Positions 38,444 to 44,869 of a stretch of DNA of 44,869 nucleotides are shown one piece after another. Each line of letters starts with the position of its first letter. The first letter of the stretch is position 1. The notes beneath the pieces are model-generated. The model was given only the letters and a program-made list of their open reading frames with translations, had not been told where the DNA came from and did not search any database. The translations under genes and the position numbers were made by a program. This DNA is from Octopus bimaculoides (lineage: Eukaryota): assembly GCF_001194135.2 (NCBI RefSeq), contig NC_068981.1, positions 32,376,703-32,421,571 on the forward strand, read 5' to 3'.

Positions 38444-38760
38444 TTGGCGAGCCAGATTTTTTTTCCCGTCGTTGCCGGGATGTTAGTTCTTCATCCTCAA
38501 CCCATCCGAAATGAACTAGAAAACCAACAAAAACTCAGTGAGAAATTGGCTTTCGAAAAATTCAAAACTGAAATAGAACTGTTACGACTAAGAGCCAATT
38601 CCAGCGAAGTAAAATCCAAGGCACTTGACAACGAAATGCAAATTGAAATTTCAAAATGCTGTGAAGGTGCACTCTTTGATAAAACCATCAAACTCTGGAT
38701 GAAGAACTAACATCCCTCCAACGATGGGAAAAACACACCTAGTTTGCCAATTCGAAACTT
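38444..38760 (+). mobile_element. Probable inverted upstream segment of the adjacent PLE (helical N-terminal region)
   Basis: It reads FKTEIELLRLR...LDNEMQIEIS...KLW and, after a frameshift, EELTSLQRWEK. It abuts the PLE in opposite orientation. The assignment rests on recalled similarity to regions upstream of mollusc PLE RTs and is unverified. Confidence 0.4.
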
Positions 38761-38793
38761 CTTTCAGTCATTTGACTGCGGCCATGCTGGTGC
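38761..38793 (-). mobile_element. SINE 3'-end fragment
   Basis: ctttcagtcatttgactgcggccatgctgg is the reverse complement of the SINE end at about 40957-40984. Confidence 0.8.
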
Positions 38794-38799
38794 ATATAT

Positions 38800-39055
38800 A
38801 TGTATTATATATGTATGTATGTGTTATGTAAGTATGTATGTATGTATGTATGTATGTATGTATGTATGTATGTATGTATGAATGTATGTACGTATGTATG
38901 TATGTATGTATACACTTTTATTAAAGTTGGAAAATTATCACAAAAGCTGTTACTTAAAGTTTCATGTTCCCGCTCGTCGGATAGTTGTGATGAGACCTTG
39001 GGTATTCGAGTAAAATTTGTTACATCTTGTTTCGTACTTATGTGTTAATCTGTAC

Positions 39056-39100
<45 letters not shown>

Positions 39101-39112
39101 AGTGGTAAATAT

Positions 39113-39157
<45 letters not shown>

Positions 39158-39200
39158 CACACACACATACACACAAATACATGAATATACATACATGCAG
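38800..39200. repeat. (GTAT)n, (GT)n, (TA)n and (CA)n microsatellite cluster
   Basis: Direct reading. Confidence 0.9.
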
Positions 39201-40462
39201 AAACATACAAGCATGAATATATAACTTAACATATATATTCATAGATATGTACGTGTGCGTACTTACGCACGCGAATGAACGAACAAATGAATGTATAAAC
39301 ATTTAGTCTTTTGAAAAACAATGTAAATACTATATAACTTGTGATTTTTCAATTCCGACCTGCTATAACTTTTATTTATGGCTGAAACACATAAAAGAAA
39401 TAAAGAAATAAATTATTCAACTTTCATCTTAGTCTGTGTACATCTAAGTGTTGCTTTCTTGAATCCGTGACATATTTAATATTTTATTTTTTTAACACTA
39501 AAAGCAAATTTAAAGGAATTGCCACAAGCCACTGATCCGTTTCCAATTATTTAACAAACGATTCTTATGTCGTGACCTTCCTAATAATGAAGTTGCTTTC
39601 AGCTTCAGTAAATGCGCGATAATTCCTTTTTGTCGTTCTAAAAAGATAAACTGAAATCTCAAGCACAATGTAACAATGGATTTGTGTTTTGCATTATATT
39701 TGTTAGTTAATTTTGAATAGATACAAAGCAAAGCCCTCTAGATATATGAGGGTAATGATGATGTTGTAAAGTACATGCTTGCCCACTGAAAAAAAACGTA
39801 GGTAGTGTATTGATGTCAGCTAGTTCATTCTCGACTTGCCGTAAGCCTACCCGTTCGTTTCTTTACAGAGTCAACCCCACTTTAAAAGGATGGGAAGTAT
39901 GTGTCTATATGTATGCGTGTGTATGTTTGTGTGTGTGTGCGTCTGTGTATGTTTGTGTGTGCGCGTATTTGTATGTATAAAAGTACATATATATACATAT
40001 ATATATACATATATGCATGTATGTTCACATTTTATATACAAACCCACATATGTATATATCTGTAGATAGATACGTAGGAATTGTTTATGTATATATACAT
40101 ATATGTATTTGTGTGTTCGTATGTAACCTCACATTTATAATCTATGTATATATTTATACTTTAACTGTATTCAACAACTGTTTCCATAGCATAAACATAA
40201 ACAAAGGCATAATTATATTATTCAGCTGCATAATCAATTTAAATTAAATTAAAGTCAAATTAATTTTAAAAAGTTGTTTACTCATATCATCAAAACCTGT
40301 TAAATTAAGTTAATCAGAGAAAAAAAGCTCTATCTCGATGTATTTAAACCAGTAACCGCCTTCTCTGCAATTATGTAATTATACATTTTGTGGAGTTTAT
40401 CGTAATGATACAGCCGTTGAATAATGTTGAAGCATGAGCTATATATGAAATCTATGCCTGTA

Positions 40463-40998
40463 GACGCAGGCGTAGCTATGCTGTAAGAAGTTTGCTTTCC
40501 AACCACATGGTTCCGGGTTCAGTCCCATATATATATACATGAGTCCTACGCGTACGGAAGACGCACTTTTTTCCCTGTTGGGGCCTTTTATGCTCCGATA
40601 TTAGACTATTTTCTTTAGTCAATACACGGTGATCGCTTATAAGCTTTACGCATATAAAATAACATTATCATTATTGTTATTTACAAAGGTGTAAAATTCG
40701 GCACTGCTTATCATATCATCGCATGTAATGCACGTGTTTGTTTATATATATATATGTGTTTGTCTGTCTGAATGTTTGCTTGTATCTCTTTTCTGTGTCT
40801 GTATTTATCCCACCACCACCATCGCTTGACAACAAATATTGGTGTGTTTTTTTCGTCCCCGTAACTTAGAGGTTCGGCAAAGAGACCGATAGAATAAGTA
40901 CTAAGCTTACAAAGAATAAGTTCTGGGGTCGATTTGTTCGACTAAAGGCAGTGCTCCAGCATGGCCGCAGTCAAATGACTGAAACAAATAAAAGAATA
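40463..40998 (+). mobile_element. tRNA-headed SINE (head 40463-40527, body about 40790-40998) with an internal insertion
   Basis: The head gacgcaggcgtagctatgctgtaag...ggttccgggttcagtccca carries a pol III B-box-like motif. The body is shared with copies at 4150-4330, 38761-38793 and 41201-41390. Confidence 0.8.
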
Positions 40999-41112
40999 CA
41001 AGAATAAAAGAATATAAGAATAAAAGAATATAAGAATAAAAGAATATAAGGATAAAAGAATATAAGAATAAAAGAATATAAGAATAAAAAGCTTATAAGA
41101 ATAAAAGAATAT
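40992..41112 (+). repeat. 16-bp tandem repeat (AAGAATAAAAGAATAT) x about 7, grown from the SINE tail
   Basis: Direct reading; it is contiguous with the SINE terminus aaataaaagaat. Confidence 0.9.
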
Positions 41113-41131
41113 ATATCTGTGCGTGTGTGTA

Positions 41132-41189
<58 letters not shown>

Positions 41190-41200
41190 NNNNNNNNNNN

Positions 41201-41390
41201 TTGTCCCCCATTCAGGCTTGGTGTTGTGTTTATGTCCCTGTAACTTAGCAGTTCGACAATAAGAGGACAATAGAATAAGTACCGAGCTTAAAAAAGTACT
41301 GGTGCCGATTCATTCGACCACATAGTTCTTCAAGACGGTGCCGCAGCCTGGCTGCGGTCTAATGAGTGAGACAGATAAAAGTCAAAAGAC
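41201..41390 (+). mobile_element. Second, more diverged SINE body
   Basis: gtgtttatgtccctgtaacttagcagttcgac...atagaataagtac...gcagcctggctgcggtctaatgagtgagacagataaaag parallels 40840-40995. Confidence 0.8.
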
Positions 41391-41516
41391 GCTAAAAATA
41401 TTGCCTAAAGGTTTTTTTTAACTCATGCATATGCAAGCAAATCAGTTCCTTTTGTATTTACAATATAATAGCCTTTTCAATTTTAACGACCTGTTAATAA
41501 CTGAGCGCTTAATTAC

Positions 41517-41710
41517 CACGGATTAATTCTTCGACGTTTATGCATCAAATCTCTATATGGATATATTTCTCCCTTATGCTGAATCCTACAAAAGATATGT
41601 GCAACATAATTAGTGAAAATATCGTTGGCATAGTGATACGTAATATCAAAATGTATTAACTTATCTCTTTGGGATTTACTCTTGCGAGGTGTCTCCATTT
41701 TTGTTGACGC
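41517..41710 (-). CDS. Candidate exon (194 nt), possibly EF-hand-related
   Basis: The acceptor ggtttttttcttcttttcag is very strong. ATG sits in AAAATGG context and the frame reads METPRKS...IFTNYVAHIFCRIQHKGEIYPYRDLMHKRRRINP. It ends either at donor GTAATT (phase 2) or at the immediate TGG-TAA stop. Confidence 0.4.
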
Positions 41711-42979
41711 CTGAAAAGAAGAAAAAAACCTTGTTTTTTACAACTGTTAGTAATAAATATTACATCTCCTCTAAACCCAGTGCCTTGACGTTAGAGGAGA
41801 AGACCTTGTCAGAAAGCAAAGGCCTTTATCTTTGCTTGAAACATCTTCACTTTAACTGCTACCCGCATAGATATTATTTTAACAGCAAGTAGTACACTTC
41901 TATCTTGCGATAATTATTGGACTCGAACATCTGGATATACTATTTTTAATATCACAATGGGCTCATCCTTTTCAGCGAATGTATTTCACTTGATAGTATC
42001 CTGTATTATATTTGAACCAAGCAGTAATTTTCGTTACCTGGATGTTGATTTATACCATGATGTTTCTCTCTTCACAACTACCAAACACTGTCTGTCAGAA
42101 TTAAGAAATCCTTACAAGTTCTTTTTGGAAATTATAATATATTTATCATCTTTGAGGGAAAAAATATCAAGCTCACACATTTCCTTGATATGATAATTTA
42201 AATTCTGTCTTTATTATGTCAATCATAAATGTGTGGAACTTTACAAGATATCAACATAAAATGTCACCACCTTATTGCTATAATTAATAACTTAATCAGA
42301 TATCTTTTAATTGGATTTTCCAATCTTTATTTTAATTAAAAAAGTTTTTAATCATATCTCCACGTACTCTAAAATTTCTCCCTACGAAACGGATGTGATA
42401 ACATTAAACTTAAACTGGACAGTGTCAGTTTAATGATCATAACCATATTAATGCTGTCCTGCGCCTAGAATTATAAGTAAATAAGATATTTTCTGAGACA
42501 AATACTAATCGACAACTCGATTATAATCTTATTACAATTCACATAATATATCATTTCCTTTTAACTACAGCTTCTAGCGATATGACACTTACTCTGAATC
42601 GAGTATTGCATTTTTAAAGCACAACATTTACTTAAAATTCATATAATGTATTAGATAAAAAGATCGTATTTAATGTCCTAAAATATACCATGATTAATTC
42701 GGTTTTTGGTAGATTTTTTAAGAAATAATTGTATAAAGAACATCTAATTTTGAGTGAAACATCTGGGGTGAATTATTGTTATCATTGGACTTAAAATACA
42801 AACTGATAATATTTAAATCCAACTTTAGCGGAAAATTACTTCTCGTTAAGAAGATATTGAGCTTAAAACAATCTGTTAAAGAGACCCAACAATTTAATAA
42901 CTAAGATTTCATCACTTTTAACATATAACATTATGTTACTTAATACATATAATTTAATAAAATTAAAACTAGTATTAGA

Positions 42980-43033
42980 GAGAGATGAAGTTGGAAAAAT
43001 ATGTGTCGCTTATTTTTTCCAACTTCATCTCTC
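42980..43033. other. Isolated hairpin with a perfect 20-bp stem
   Basis: gagagatgaagttggaaaaa (42980-42999) is the exact reverse complement of 43014-43033. Confidence 0.9.
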
Positions 43034-43829
43034 ATGTTACATTACATCTTAGTTCGATTCAACCAAGACGGGTCTTAGATTATATTCTTATTGGGTCTAC
43101 AAAATCAATAAATACTCAGTAACCAATTTATAGGTAACAAATTGGTATGAAATGAAACATCGGTCGTTAAAAGCATCTGACACATATTCTGCATTGCTTA
43201 ATAACGGCCCTTTATTTGGACTCCAAAAGCCGTCGAGATCAACTAAGCTACTTGTTCCTGCAAAATCAATAAATGTATGTATGTATATATATATATTGAG
43301 AAAAAAAATGTCGTCAGAATTTTGGGAAAAAAATCTTTTTATTTCTTCATTATTATTAGCGCTTTCGTTCCTTTCTCGAGCTGGTCAAATAAAATTTTGT
43401 GAATGTACAAACAGCTTGCTCATTTTCGATAGGGTAGACCATCACTACTTGGAGGCTGACCTTAAAGTGTCTGGCTTCGGTCCCATCTTCCGTCAAAGTA
43501 TTGCTTTTATATTTTTATTTGTATAATTGGAAGATGCCAATTTAAATTTTTAGATTTTTAAATTTAATGCAATTGTAACTGTCCATTTGTTATAGATTAG
43601 ATGTGCCCGGTTTCTAATTCTAAGAATACCTATTCAATATTTATTTAATGTATAATTTATGTCATGTAAATGTGCGTATAGTCAAATATTTGTAATTAAT
43701 TTATCAATCTATTTGTAAGTATCACCTTATATTTTGATATCACAAAAAAACTATATATATATATAGTCACTTATCTAAATCTTTATTAGATCTCCTATAA
43801 TATTTAAAGGTTTTATAAAATCTATGTCT

Positions 43830-44587
43830 ACATGTTGAAAGCGTTTTTGATTGACAATTTATTAAGTTCTTATGTTTATATAATAATATATATGTATATT
43901 GATTCCTTCATACAGAGACGGCAACTATTAGATTTATGTGTGTATGGTGTGGCTGAATCTATTATTGACCAATCTAATCTATAGTTAACTTTGTTTTTCT
44001 TTAGTTTATGTATATATTTAGCTAATGACGTGGTATTACTAGATACATTCGGCTTAAAGGAGTGTATGTGTGCTAAAAATCTTTGTTTAAAATTACTGGA
44101 ACTCCTTATATATATCATACTATGTGAATTATTAGTTACTGTAACTATGCATTTGTATCTTACGTTAAATCTTCTACAGTTGCCTTTTAAAGGGCATGAT
44201 TTTGTATTTTTACCTGAGCAGTTTTCATTTTTATTTTTATATTTCTGTTCATATGAATAGTGCCTACTATTATTATGATTATTTGTGGTGTATTATTATC
44301 GAATTTATTATAGTATTATTAATCGTAGAGTTAGATACATTTATTGTTTGTGAATTATTATTTTTATTTTTATTAGATTGTGGTGTTGTATTATCTAAGA
44401 CATTTAAGGTATATTTTCAAATATATAGTAGTTAGAATTTTACTGGGGTTTTGTTATATCAATATAATTTTTAGGTGTTCCAGTATTTTAAGTATTATAT
44501 ATACTCCTATTGCTACTTCCTATCTTCTTCTTCTTCTTCGTATTATTATTATTATTATTATTCAGTAGTTTTATTTTTATAACGTGC
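43830..44587 (-). mobile_element. Second Penelope-like lineage: Asn-rich linker plus GIY-YIG domain
   Basis: It reads NENCSGKNTKSCPLKGNC...VRYKCIVT...IYIRSSSNFKQRFLAHIHSF...TSLAKYIHKLK...LDWSII...PY...SCRLCMKE. This follows the C.C..CPL.G.C / YIG..FK.R..H..SF / C.LC..EK pattern. Confidence 0.8.
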
Positions 44588-44597
44588 NNNNNNNNNN

Positions 44598-44807
44598 ATT
44601 TGGTACACACCTCCATTTTCATTAAATGTTAAGGGTTTAGCAAAAAAGTTTTTAAATATAATAAAAAAAAAAGCTTTCCTAGGAATCATAAGTATCACCA
44701 CATATTTAATAGACCATCGATTAAAATATCCTTCTCTACAACACCAAACATAGGATCTATTATCGCCTGTTCTAATAAAAGAAAAATTAACAAATATAAA
44801 AACAGCC

Positions 44808-44856
<49 letters not shown>

Positions 44857-44860
44857 GGCG
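44598..44860 (+). mobile_element. Post-RT segment of the same PLE type, in opposite orientation, ending in (AAT)n
   Basis: It reads IWYTPPFSLNV...KKFLNIIKK-SFPRNHKYHHIFNRPSIKISFSTTPNIGSIIACSN, matching IWFNPPFS.NV..FL.LI.KHFP..HK..KIFN..T.KISYS. Confidence 0.75.
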
Positions 44861-44869
44861 ATAATAGAT

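Noticed and set aside
40463-40527. tRNA-like sequence
   Set aside because: It is the SINE head. No cloverleaf is formed and the SINE body follows.
40992-41112. Regular repeat superficially like a CRISPR array
   Set aside because: It consists of contiguous tandem units without unique spacers, in a eukaryotic context.
41957-42193. Plus-strand ORF starting MGSSFS (myristoylation-like)
   Set aside because: It has no downstream family similarity, lies on the opposite strand to the EF-hand-like exons, and shows no clear donor.
880-44597. Association of most gaps with (TA)n or (CA)n
   Set aside because: This is a short-read assembly artefact; contigs break at microsatellites.

Overview
AT-rich, microsatellite-laden eukaryotic DNA with 11 N-gaps, most flanked by (TA)n or (CA)n. 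The tRNA-headed SINE family and the mariner-derived MITE resemble repeats I recall from octopus genomes, so the source is probably a coleoid cephalopod (inference). Most ORF-track entries are microsatellite or gap artefacts. Recognisable content is mainly decayed mobile elements: a LINE APE-endonuclease fragment (1-312), two pieces of an R4/Dong-like RLE LINE (6.3-9.0 kb), two RTE LINEs (one with a clean 5' inversion at 25.5-26.4 kb), a near full-length Penelope-like element (35.6-38.4 kb) plus fragments of others, SINEs, a mariner MITE and a foldback element. Between them lie several minus-strand candidate exons with good splice sites whose translations resemble divergent EF-hand calcium sensors (NCS/recoverin/calcineurin-B/CHP type). 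These suggest one or more unannotated, highly divergent, possibly tandem genes. All protein similarities are by-eye motif recognition; no searches were run.
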